Source of the DNA: Phoronis australis
Lineage: Eukaryota > Animalia > Phoronida
NCBI GenBank assembly: GCA_002633005.1
Contig: NMRA01000290.1
Coordinates: 395,121-459,120, forward strand
Direction of reading: 5' to 3'
Length of the DNA stretch: 64,000 nt
The position numbers and the translations under genes are program-made. The notes beneath the pieces are model-generated. The model saw only the letters and a list, made by a program, of their open reading frames with translations, ran no database searches and was not told where the DNA came from. Of the stretch, positions 13,749 to 25,060 are shown piece by piece. Positions within the stretch are counted from its first letter, which is position 1, and each line of letters starts with the position of its first letter.

Positions 13749-16700
13749 CTATCTTTCTTTCAACCTGTCCCGAAACACCTGGGTCACAAGCTCCTTCTTG
13801 TTGATTTTCCCCATGACATTTCTTGGCAGCTCATCAATGCACCTAAGCTCAGATGGTATATGATAAGGTGGCATCTTATCATGACACCAACTTCTAAGAT
13901 CAGCTAAGCTCATAATTAAAGAGTTTGAAGTTGGCACAACAACTGCAGCAACTTTTTGACCCCAGGTGATGTCAGGCAGAGCAACAATGGCAACCTCTCT
14001 GATATCTGGGTGAGACAAAAGGTGGCGCTCAATGTCAAGGGCACTTATTTTGTATCCTCCACTTTTGATGATATCAACTGAAGTCCTTCCAAGAATTTTG
14101 TAGACACCGTCTTCGTAGCAAGCAGTGTCCCCTGCAAATGTTAGCATCATCATTATCGTTGTTGTCTGTATAATTTGAGAAGCCCTTATATGCAAAAATG
14201 TTGGTCTCACAGAGAACCAGCTAGCAGAAATATACGTATAAATAGAGGACTGTTGTGAAATAATAACAAATAAAAACATTTATGCGATTAACAAACTGAA
14301 TACAAGTTCTATTAAACCATCACTATACAAAAGAGTTCAATATCTTTATTTAAAAAGCTATATTAATAAGTATTTCGACAAAGACGTTTAAGGTGGAAGT
14401 GTGTCGGTGTTGAGTACACCCATGTAATTTCCATCATTAACAGCTGGATGCTGAAACGAGATAACAAGTCAAATAAGTTTGAACCATCAACGCAGGTTTA
14501 TACGTAACACATGCATATCTGTGATAATGCCAAGACTGTGAATACATTTAAAAAAGTTTGTTACCAGTTTTAAACCAGCCGTCAGCTGTAAATGTCTTTT
14601 TGGTTTCTTCAGGCTTATTAAAGTATTCTTTAAATACATTCGGTCCCTTAACATAAAGTTCGCCAACGGTGTCAGACGTGCCTAAAACAGGAATGGACAT
14701 TATTACCACATATGAAACTATGTTGCACCTGGGGGGGGCTCTCTTCCAAAGAACTAGGTAGAGGATGCCATTGGACATAGTCAAAATCCAGACCAATGCA
14801 ATACCTGGTAAACTTTTCATAAAATGAGCATCTGAGATAAATCTGAATGATAAAAAATACTACTGAAACACAGTTACATATGCCAAATTTCCTTGTCCTC
14901 CTCACACATAACAGGACAAAATATCTACCTGAGATGATATAGGGCAAAATGACATCCAAGTTGATGGAACGTCCCCAACAATGCCTCCAATGGGAGAACC
15001 CCTATCCCAGGTTCAGTTGTTTCAATGTATGATAGTTTGATAAATCGCTTAGAATTATCTGGATGACTAAGTAAATCCCGTGGCACTTTCCAATGACCAA
15101 CTGGTGAAGCTACCGTACTCGTACGGGTTAGCACCCAGGGTGCATAAATTGGGGATATAAAAAACAGGAGGTGGGTGGTAAGCCGAGCATGGGCAGTTAA
15201 AATTGAAATTTTTGAAAAGGCGGGAGTGGGTGCTTTCTGCACAGAGGACCGATTTTACCCTAACGGAGCTACACTGACGTCCGACTTCAAGCATATCAGT
15301 TAAAATATACGTCGGGGGATTGAAGTAATGGACTTCGACGGCCTGAAATGGAATAACGCACACGATACAGTGATGCTGTGATCCCGAGCGTGATTTTGTT
15401 TTTATGCACCTCGGTCGCTGCTCGTCATCTCTTAGAACTAAAGGTATTCCTACAGGTAGGCATGCATTCAGTAGCGCAAGTTTCTTGAGAGAAAAGGCAG
15501 ATGAAGCAAGACGCTGCTAGTTCGCTGTGTATTTCTAATTGATGCACATGACTTTCTAAGAATTGCTCCCTGCTAGACACTTAGGCAACAAAACATGTGC
15601 TAATGATTGACAGGTCTTCTATTTTGAACCTAGTTTGAACAATGTAACATTTTATATACATTGTATATTTCATTCTGAGTTGAACAGTCAACACCACTCT
15701 TTGTTCAAAGCATGTGCTCAACAATCCAACGATACTACTATAAGGCAATAGGGATGCTCCGTGGGCTGCGAAACTAATGAAGCAAAAACACATCCTGTAA
15801 AAAGTCATCAGGTAAATCAAGAGTTCATAGACAAAACAAAAAGTTTTTGACCACATGGATGTGGACAGAATTTTCAACTTGTGCTTAATGACCAGTTGAC
15901 TTCTTGCGCTGTTAATTTTGGTGTCAGGAGTGAAAGTCATTAAAACATGCAGTTTAACCAAGACAGGGAGCAGCGAGACAAGTTGGCTTGTCACAATGGC
16001 TCGTGTCTTCAGTTTTGCCTTTTACTCTGTCGTACGTGGTTACCATTACTACAGACGTGACTGGTCAAGCTCTGTCTCAGTGATCAGTACATGCTGACAT
16101 GAGTGAGCAAAAGGAAACAATTGTACCTCCTTCAGTAAAGAAGAGTATGAGAATACGGGTATTTTACCACCATAGTAAAGCAAGGTCCCGGATCCACTAA
16201 AACTGATCGATTGTCACAGAAAGGTAAGCGAGTTGCGCGCGTTTTGGAATCTTAATTTTGTGCGACGAACGTTCACAGAAGCACAGATACTTTTACGGAA
16301 GTCTCCTTCTTGAAAAAATTGAGAGTGGGCAGTAAGTCGAGGATGGGCACTTAAAAATGAAAAATTGAAAATTTCGGGGGTAGATGGTAAGCCGAGCATG
16401 GGTGGTAACCCGGACGAGTACGGTTCATGTCACAAAATAGAAATTCCATCCTGGTTTGGGGATGAACAACTATTTGTTCACAATATCAGAATACAGCCTA
16501 GTCAGAGATTGATTGTAAATAACTGCAAGGACTGAGAATACGGGTATTCCAGCATCTTACAGCCTTTTGGGATAGACCATCTCCAGTTCTGGAGACTTCC
16601 AGGTTTCAAATGACTAGTTTTTATTGTTAGTACCGAAGCAAACACTATATGAGGACACTTACCAGGTTTAACAGTGGTGGTGAAATGGTTGCCTTGAACC

Positions 16701-19700
16701 AGTGTATCATAACCGACACTGCTGTATACATTACTTTTGGCTATGCACACCTCAACCTCAGGAAATGGATTCCCTACAGCGCCTGCAATTTAATGATAAT
16801 AACACTGATTGGAAAAAAAGGAATTTGCACTACCTTCATGAATACTAAATGTTCTGTATGTTTTGCAGCTCCACCGTTTCAGAACAGTTGATACGATCAC
16901 TTGATTCACTACACAGCCACAAACTTATGGAATGAAGTATTTTCTTTAAGGAGAAATATCGAGGATTTAAAAAATAGGCTTCTTACTACTGTGTCTTTAT
17001 TATTGTCACATGACCATGTTTTTATGGCAAATTTTCATGTGCAAGAAAGGTACATTCATAGCAAAATATCCACCCAGCCAATTTTACTAAACCTTTCTTT
17101 AAATGAAAACGTTACGTTATGTCTCAAAAACGCTGTTAGGAATTTTTGATTATTCATTAAAACCGGTTTTGTGCCAAATTAACTCACAAATACAAGGCAT
17201 TTTTGTAAAAAAAGCAGTGGTCTTATTTGTATATAGCTCGGTAAGCAAAAACTAGGCATTTTAAAGCAAAATCCTAATAGTATTTTATAATTCATTTGGT
17301 AAAATCGGCAATGAATGCACCCTTCTTGCACATGTAAATTTGATTTTAAAATGTGATCAAGTGACAATAATAAAAACACACTCAGTGGTAAGATGCATAT
17401 TTTTAGAATCCTCGATCTTTCTACTACAAAAAATATACTTTTAATGGTAGACAAAGCATAGTATTTTTTGATATTTGAGTTAGAGTTGAGGTCATTGATT
17501 AAGGTCCTAGATAACTTTAACGAACTCTGGTCTGTCCTCGGGTCCAGAAATTATTTATAATCTTAAGAAAGAACAAGATCGATTTTAAAACTTACAGTAA
17601 ATCAAAAGTTCATTTTGGACACAAAGCGCATGCTTGTTGCCCTTTCAAAGTCACAATGAATCGTTTTCTGCTGTCAAAAACAACCATCTTTCTTCACAGA
17701 CATATTTGTGCTTCCAAAGGAATATTGTCTCATTAGAAATGTCCTTTGTTTCAATTAAAACTGATTGCAACAAATTACTTATACAATTCAATCTGCCAGG
17801 TCTGAACTAACAATTACTAGTGGGTTCTTTTTAATCTGAGAAAGGAACATGATGAAATCAATTTTGTAACACTGCAGGATGTTGTTTTTTGAAAAAAGGT
17901 GCAAGTTTACTTCCCCCCTGAAATGGTCAGAATCATAATGAAATGGTGTTTTCAAATCCATTAATTAGTGGTATTTAGCTGGGAGAGACACATAGGCACT
18001 ACAATAAGATTCCCACATGTTACAAATGCCACGGACCACCTGGAGTTTCCAGGGGAAACATTGTGCAGTTGCATCTATGGCAGATACTTTCCTGTATTAA
18101 AAGGTAACTTCTTCAGTCACTCCTATTGAATGCACAGCAATCTGTTCTTGCTAAATCACAATTCAATTAACCAATATCACATTAAGTCACCACCAAGCCT
18201 GGTAGACCAAAAAAAACAAAAGACAGCACTTTAATAATAGAAGGGTCAAGACCCACACACAAAATATATAGGCACCTACTCCATTAGTTTTGAAATTGGG
18301 TTTATGTATTCCGCTGACTGACCAACCCTAAATCTGTGTCCAACCTGCAAAGCAGTCCTTTAATGTATTAATCTCAGCAGAAACCAATACCCAGTCTATA
18401 CACGCTAAGCACAGCTTAACAAGAGTTTATGACTTTTTGATGATGAACACGAGTTGAACAATGGATAATGAATTGCAGAATCTGTCTTTGAAATTCACCA
18501 GTTGTGTGTGTGGTGTGTACCTGGAATCCTGTCCCCTCGAAGTGGATTGGTCAGCACCATGCCCGTTTCAGTCATACCGTATCTCTCCAGGAGGCGATGT
18601 CCCGTGATTTCCTCCCATTTTTTCATGACAGGTTCTGGCAATGCTGCAGAGCCACTGACCATTAATCTAGACGTCAAGACAATGGATCAAAGGGCAGTTA
18701 TGTAAACTATCGGCAAATTTAGTTTCACTAACCAAACTCCCTTCTCTTTCATAATAATGACACTTGTGCAACAACTGTGATCTTCTCCACCCACAACAAA
18801 TGTCATTTGCACCAAATCCTACACCTTCTTTTTCATAATGGCGACAATTGTCATTCATCCAATTAAAATGCCTAGTTATTCAAATTAATATGGTTTTAAT
18901 TCAATATGGCGTCAAGTTAAACGAGTCAAAGTTTTGGAATAATAAATAAACATTCTGTCAAATTTAAAAACAGCATAAAATAATAATTTGTGTCAGACGT
19001 CCTGAAGACTACAGCAGCATTAATGAGGTCAAGTTGAAATCGCAAAGCTTCAAACTGAAATAAGCCCTTAAATCTTACTATTGAAGCAATCATTGAACTC
19101 CATTTGGTCCACGGTTTTATCAAAAGTAATTAAGAACAATAACTTGCTGTATTGAAAAAACAAAGGATTCCACCCCAAAACACATACCAAAACAATGGTT
19201 TTCAAAGATGGTGTTGTGTGTAGCATAAACTAAATCAATGTCAGCTCTCATAGTTGAAAATTGTGCTCTTACTAAAATCTATTATCAACAGCAAACCACT
19301 AACATTTCTGTAAATGAAGAAAAGATTTGCATGATCCAAGTACCTTATCCTAGAGGAGCAAACTGACTTGACATACTCCTTTTTCTGTAGACCCCCTCGC
19401 CCCTGGGTCAGCCGTGTTTCATAGTCCTCAATCAGTTTGGCATATATTGTTGGGACAGCCATGAACATAGTGATTCTGTTTACATCATCTTCGTTCACAG
19501 GGTTAAGCAACGTAGACCAAACCTGTAAAATAAATCGCAATACTGGTAATGGTGTTGTTAGTGTGTCTGTGCCAGCTTTTGCACAAAGTCTTGAAACTTA
19601 AATACACGTTCCACATTGAAGAAAAAGATGGGAGTCCTTGGAGATTCTCAAAGTCAAAAGTCGCAGACCAAATATGAAGCAGGTTGCTCTAACAAATTCA

Positions 19701-22700
19701 ACACTGACACTGTAATTTAATTGTTCATAACCTATGGACCTACAGTAAAGTCTCAACAATTTTGAACAAAAATGATTACCAAAATAAACATTTTTCATTT
19801 TTAAAGGCTTCAAAATATGGTCCGGTAGTAGCTGTGGTTCAAACCTTGGAACTTGTAAAAACATTACTTTATTCATACATATCTTTCATGGTATGAATCA
19901 AAAAATAAAATTTCAATGTCTGGCATATTATGTCTTAAAACAGTACAGTGGGATTTTACAATACTGTAACTTACAGCCAATTGGTCAATCGGACCACTTA
20001 GGAGTCTGGGTGGCATCAATCGTAGTTGACCTCCACACGTTGTAAGTGTAACGACACATACTTACCTTTGCTGGGTCAAACTTTGGCTGCATCACACATG
20101 TAGCACCCACGTACAGAGGGGTCAGGAGACAGTTCACTACCCCATGGACGTGATGTAGAGGGAGGGTGTGTAGAAGGACATCACTAGGCAACCAGTTCCA
20201 TGACGACACCATACCCGTTATTTGAGCATGTAAATTGCCATGAGTGAGCACGACCCCCTAAACGAAAGATATGACCAAAACAGTCCTTATCACATGCAAA
20301 AAAATCTAAATTTCGCATTACGATAATTCTTCACATATGGCAAATAACTGTGACTGATTTTGTCAAATAAATCAACAAAAGACTAAGAAATCACTGGGCC
20401 GCTTTGTTTGTATTCTGTAGATATCATGAAACACCATTCGACAGTTAATTTAGTTAATTTTTGGAACAAAATGAAGAATTATCATAATCCACAGCATTTT
20501 CATTATATTTAAAAAGATTATTCCCTTTGAATTGAAGAAAGCAAATGCCCCAAATTTCTAATACAGGAAATTATAAATTAACAAGAGTAACGTGGAGCGT
20601 TGAAATGCACCCACCGATGCACCTCAAACGGAGTGATTCTAGAGTTGTTTATTTGTTTCATAAAAATAGCCGCTAGATGGCGAAAAAACATCCAATTCAT
20701 CTGAAAATAAAAACATACCATTGCTTCTTTAATAGAAAGATATTTACAAAATTTCATAAAAATCTGTCAAGGAACTTCAGAGAAAAAAGGAAAACAGAAA
20801 AAATGAAATTGCCACTATGGGGCACAGCATTCATTGGATCCACCTGAAAGAAATCGTCATTTGTTGTAAGCTTCATATCAATACAATTATTAAATTTAAT
20901 CAAGATCCTGCAGTGAGTCTAGGAGATGCAGCTATGGACGCAAAACAAAACTACCTCTAGGAGGTGCCACAGTAGTCGAATTCGTTATAGTCAACCGTCC
21001 TCTTCACACTGAGAACATATACACAATTTTCAAAATCATTCCTTAGAATGGTTTGGTTGATTGAGGGGTGGACGCCAAAAAGCAGACTCAAAAACAGGAA
21101 AAATGGCCACTAGGTGGCGCAAACTATGTCGAATCCATCCGAAAACCGAAGGATAGCGTCATCTTACTAATAGATGCCTATATGCCAAATTACGTTGAGG
21201 ACCTTTGAAGATATAGAGGTACGCGTAAAAAAATGAAATTCCCACTTGGGGGCACACCAGTAGTCAGATCCATCCGAAAGTTCGCTCGTGTCGTCCCATC
21301 CATAAGTGCAAAATTTCATGAACGTAGGTCAAAGGGTTTTGGAGATAGAGCAGAAGATGCTGGACGGAGGGATGGAGATGACGGCATAATGCTTCTACAT
21401 ATAACTATGTGGGCGCATAAAAATAACATCAGTCTGTTACCACCTGAAATTGGAAAGTCAGTTTGGCGAAGCAAATATAGAAAAAAAATAATTGCAGGCG
21501 ATCTGGTACAACGGGTACCAGATGTGCCCAGGCCGCTAACGTGGGTCCATTGCACTGATCACCTGGAACCATCTTTATGCTTCATTAATAAATAGTTAAA
21601 ACCGAGCTGAGGAGCTTGAGACCTGACTAAGGTCTAGCAGTGTGCCCCAGTGGGACACAGGCCACACTGCCACCTCTTGGTGAAGCAAAGCATCCCTTGC
21701 CAAGTTGTTACAACTCAAAACAAAGAATTCAATTGATATTGTTTTGCTGCAAATGTGTAAGAAGTGATTCAAACACTGTTTCACAATCACACAAAGTAGC
21801 GATTTGAAAACATCGCTTATTATTTTGATTATATATAGGTAAATAAAACAACAAGAATGGATCAACTGAAATTTTCGGATATAATAACGTCCTTTGTCAA
21901 CAGAAACAGAAATAAAGTAAAATCAAACACTATATGACAATTGACATTTAAGATGTGGCGTACTGAATATGATATATTGTTTCGGAAATAATTACATGAT
22001 ATAATTTAAGAAGTTTTTATGTTTAATCCATGAGGTTCTAGTGTATTGAGCTTGTCTATCCAAAATTGTTCTCATAATATATACACAATATATCATAATC
22101 ATTACGCCACATCTTAAATGTCAATTGTCATATAGTGTTTGATTTTACTTTATTTCTGTTTCTGTTGACAAAGGACGTTATTATATCCGAAAATTTCAGT
22201 TGATCCATTCTTGTTGTTTTATTTACCTATATATATTCTACATTTCGTGGATCCGATCTGAATCGCCTTATTTGGTTTCAGATTTATTTTCTACGTTATT
22301 ATTTTGGAAATGAAAGATATCATCAGTGAAAGATACCTTCGGTGGTCCTGTAGTCCCGCTAGTGTAAATAATTAGAGCCCTTCTATGTTTGTAGCCATTG
22401 GCTGCCACTAAATCATCGTATCTGTTCTTCATTCTCCATCTCCCATACTTCATCATATTTTCCTCACTATACATTTGGTCATGACTTCTGCTGTCCGATT
22501 CACTACCTCCATCCACCACCAGACGGGGTATGTGCATATGTTCAACAAGAGAAGTGACCTTGTCAGTGAACTCTTCTGTTGTCAGAAGTGCAGAACACTG
22601 CGAGTCTGATAAAAAGTATTCATAGTCCGAGATAGGATGTGATGGATGGAGAGGCACTGCAACGCCCCCCGCCATCCAAATCCCCCATATGCACTTCAGA

Positions 22701-23083
22701 TACAAGACATTGTTAGGGCACAAGAACGCAATTTGTTTCCCTTCCAAATCATCCTTGCAGTTCAATGCTTCAAGCAGTCTGCACGAAAGTAGTGAACTGA
22801 ATCGTAGAATGTCACCATATAGGTGGCGCCCCCGAGTATCAACTATGGCTGTACGTTCAAAGAAGCTTTCAGCTTTTAAGAAAGATGGAATCACATGACT
22901 CTGGCTATTTGCATTGACAAGTCCTCGACTTAACCATGTTCCTGAATCACCAACACCGTTTCTATTCATTAGAAATCTGCAAGGAATACTTGGTAGTACC
23001 CTTGAGTGGATCAATGATCGTCCTGCGGGGTTGATCACAAGTATTTTTGAGCAAATAGTATTGAAAACTGTCCCGTATTTCAT
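13749..23083 (-). CDS. ACSF3: Malonate--CoA ligase / acyl-CoA synthetase family member 3 (mitochondrial), 627 aa
   Basis: Coding exons (minus) 23083-22337, 20257-20066, 19522-19344, 18666-18521, 16782-16663, 14681-14565, 14131-13749; sum 1884 nt, in frame. AMP-binding loop [29 protein letters not shown]3/MatB signature [45 protein letters not shown]. Basic N-terminal extension resembles a transit peptide. Confidence 0.92.
15113..16423. mobile_element. Non-autonomous Tc1/mariner-pogo-like DNA transposon in an ACSF3 intron
   Basis: TA|CCGTACTCGTACGGGTTAGCACCCA ... TGGGTGGTAACCCGGACGAGTACGG|TT. Subterminal GGTAAGCCGAGCATGGG repeats near both ends. No transposase ORF seen. Confidence 0.75.
16950..17420. 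mobile_element. Old foldback/MITE element with ~110-bp diverged inverted arms
   Basis: About 16950-17062 is the imperfect reverse complement of about 17309-17420. The ORF track shows mirrored peptides [21 protein letters not shown] (+) and [21 protein letters not shown] (-). Confidence 0.7.
20580..21423 (+). mobile_element. HINE/DINE-1-like non-autonomous Helentron with an internal ~140-150 bp diverged tandem array
   Basis: Starts AACAAGAG; core repeats with AAATTTCA(T) and CCACTAGGTGGCG-like motifs; GGACGGAGGGATGG microsatellite-like segment; ends GCGCATAAAAA. Same 5' end as the 1-465 copy. Confidence 0.6.
21830..22235. mobile_element. Foldback MITE with 133-bp perfect inverted arms, flanked by (TA)n
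   Basis: 21830-21962 is the exact reverse complement of 22103-22235 as read by eye; 140-bp spacer. Confidence 0.9.
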
Positions 23084-24034
23084 CTTTGCAAGTCAACGGA
23101 TCTGAAAAAATCAAAGTTCTAAGTTAATGACTTAAATGCTTTCAGTCCAACTCTAGAGACAGGCTATCAATTTCTAACAGTAAGCCGAAGAGTGTAAATT
23201 AAAAAATGGCATCTGTGGCCAATCTAGTAACCAAATATATGCCTAGGCCTCTGTTTGGAGACAAGCGTTAACAGAAAATGTATTACAATATACCCATCAT
23301 ACAGTAGAGAGGTTTTGCAAATTGATGTGAACGTGAATTATCAAGCATACTTAACTACACGTGCCAATTCACTTTACAGTAACAAAATGGGTTTCACAAC
23401 AGCCGAATGTTTACATGAACGTGAGAGTAAACGTGAACTGAATAACTGAGCTCAGGGAGTCCAGTTATTGTAAACCTAGTACATGTCAGCTAGAATACAA
23501 ACAACTTAAAAGTCACTCTGCCAATGCAACTTCTTTTACGTGAAAAAATCGTTTCTAAAAACTCTTGCGAGAAATGCAAAGTTGATTTGCAGTTTGAAAT
23601 AAATAAATACCAGTACATGTAAATTAACCAATGATGTCAAAAAATTAACAACACAAAATCCATTCTAGTTTGATGACATCAGCGAACTCTGGCAGAGTAA
23701 GGATTTTGGAAAAGGTGCTTTCTTGCAAATAAACTTTAAGAACATTTATAGACAAAAGAATTGCGTTCATTTTAAACTGAAGCAAAGAATAAAGAAAAAT
23801 AACACTATCAAACTAAAAATCTTTTCGATGTCTCACCAAATAAGAATTAAAAAGGGGACACACGTTTCGCATTTGCAGGGACTCGAATCTCTCTGTATTC
23901 GCGTAAAATACTTAAACGCTATTGGGATTACGTCATAGCCAACAATGGCATGTATGTTGCAGTATTATAAATGCGTGATAATTCACGTTCACGTTGCTTT
24001 GCTAAACCTCTCTATTTTGCATACAGTTGAGTGT

Positions 24035-24371
24035 CAATGACCATCATCACTGGCTCTCCTGAGAAGAGATGATGAAGCTCCTACAGGCACTTCATTCGCT
24101 GAAAGCTTTTCGGCGAATTATGCCTCACACTGACTAAAACATGAAAGTCATGCATGTTCTTACATATACCTTTTGCGCATAGAGGGACGGCTCACGAGGT
24201 CGTCGATGTTTTTAATTCCTTCCAACTCGAACAAACATTCCCCTTGTTAAACTTTTTCTTCGAGCAGTTCCTCGTTCAGTTCCCAAAATCAAACTCGCCA
24301 TTTTTAACACTGAGCACGACTATGGGAGCTTCATCATCTCTGCCTGGGTGGGCTAGAGACGATGGTCATTG
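24035..24371. mobile_element. MITE-like element with ~47-bp imperfect inverted termini
   Basis: CAATGACCATC...AGAGATGATGAAGCTCC (24035-24081) mirrored by GGAGCTTCATCATCTCT...GATGGTCATTG (about 24325-24371). Confidence 0.6.
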
Positions 24372-24393
24372 TCTAACAGTAACAGTTCAGTAC

Positions 24394-24995
24394 TACTGTA
24401 CTAGCAAAGCCACAAGACACGTCTAGCATCAGCGGCTACAAAAAGTACAAAAGTACATGACCCAAAATTTAGAAGCTTCCAAAAAGGCCAGATACCAGTG
24501 CTGTTACAAATCACCATTAGTGTTGACTTACCCCAATTACTGTAAGTCAGATTAAAATACAAAAATCAAAGACCGGTCCAAATACGTGATCAGAATGTCT
24601 TCCGCCATTTTTGAAATTGTANAAAACTTCCGAATCGATGAATGCGGTATATCTGTGAGAGTTAAATCGAATCCTATTCAGATCATAACTTTGAAGTGGA
24701 ATAATTCGGTGAGTACAACAGCAAGTCGGTTTTATGCTTAGGCGGACGAACATTGGGCTCCCCAGTATACTGTACTAGCAAAGCCACAAGACACGTCTAG
24801 CATCAGCGGCTACAAAAAGTACAAAAGTACATGACCCAAAATTTAGAAGCTTCCAAAAAGGCCAGATACCAGTGCTGTTACAAATCACCATTAGTGTTGA
24901 CTTACCCCAATTACTGTAAGTCAGATTAAAATACAAAAATCAAAGACCGGTCCAAATACGTGATCAGAATGTCTTCCGCCATTTTTGAAATTGTA
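24394..24995. repeat. 228-bp direct duplication (24394-24621 / 24768-24995) around a single N; probable assembly artefact
   Basis: Copies look identical. The first copy ends exactly at the N (24622). Confidence 0.85.
24906..24990 (-). other. ACSF3: Putative non-coding first exon of ACSF3
   Basis: Strong minus-strand donor GGG|GTAAGT at 24906/24905 and YY1-type AAAATGGCGG motif at about 24976-24985. Matching acceptor at 23102-23103, 18 nt upstream of the ACSF3 ATG. 5' end is approximate. Confidence 0.55.
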
Positions 24996-25060
24996 AGTCA
25001 TGTGACTTTATATGACGATGTACCAAGTCACGTGCCTCAAACAGTGTCAAATGCGCAGAA
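24976..25060. promoter_or_regulatory. Compact bidirectional promoter (ACSF3 / MFS transporter) with YY1 and E-box (M-box/CLEAR-like) motifs
   Basis: CCGCCATTTT at 24976, AAGTCATGTGACTT at 24995-25008, GTCACGTG at 25027-25034, lying between two divergent first exons. Confidence 0.55.

Noticed and set aside
20258-22336. U12-type intron in ACSF3 (donor GTATCTTT)
   Set aside because: The donor is one base off RTATCCTT and no TCCTTAAC-type branch site is visible before the acceptor.
23850-23940. tRNA gene on the minus strand (GATTCGAGTCC B-box)
   Set aside because: No cloverleaf and no clear A-box; at most a decayed SINE head.
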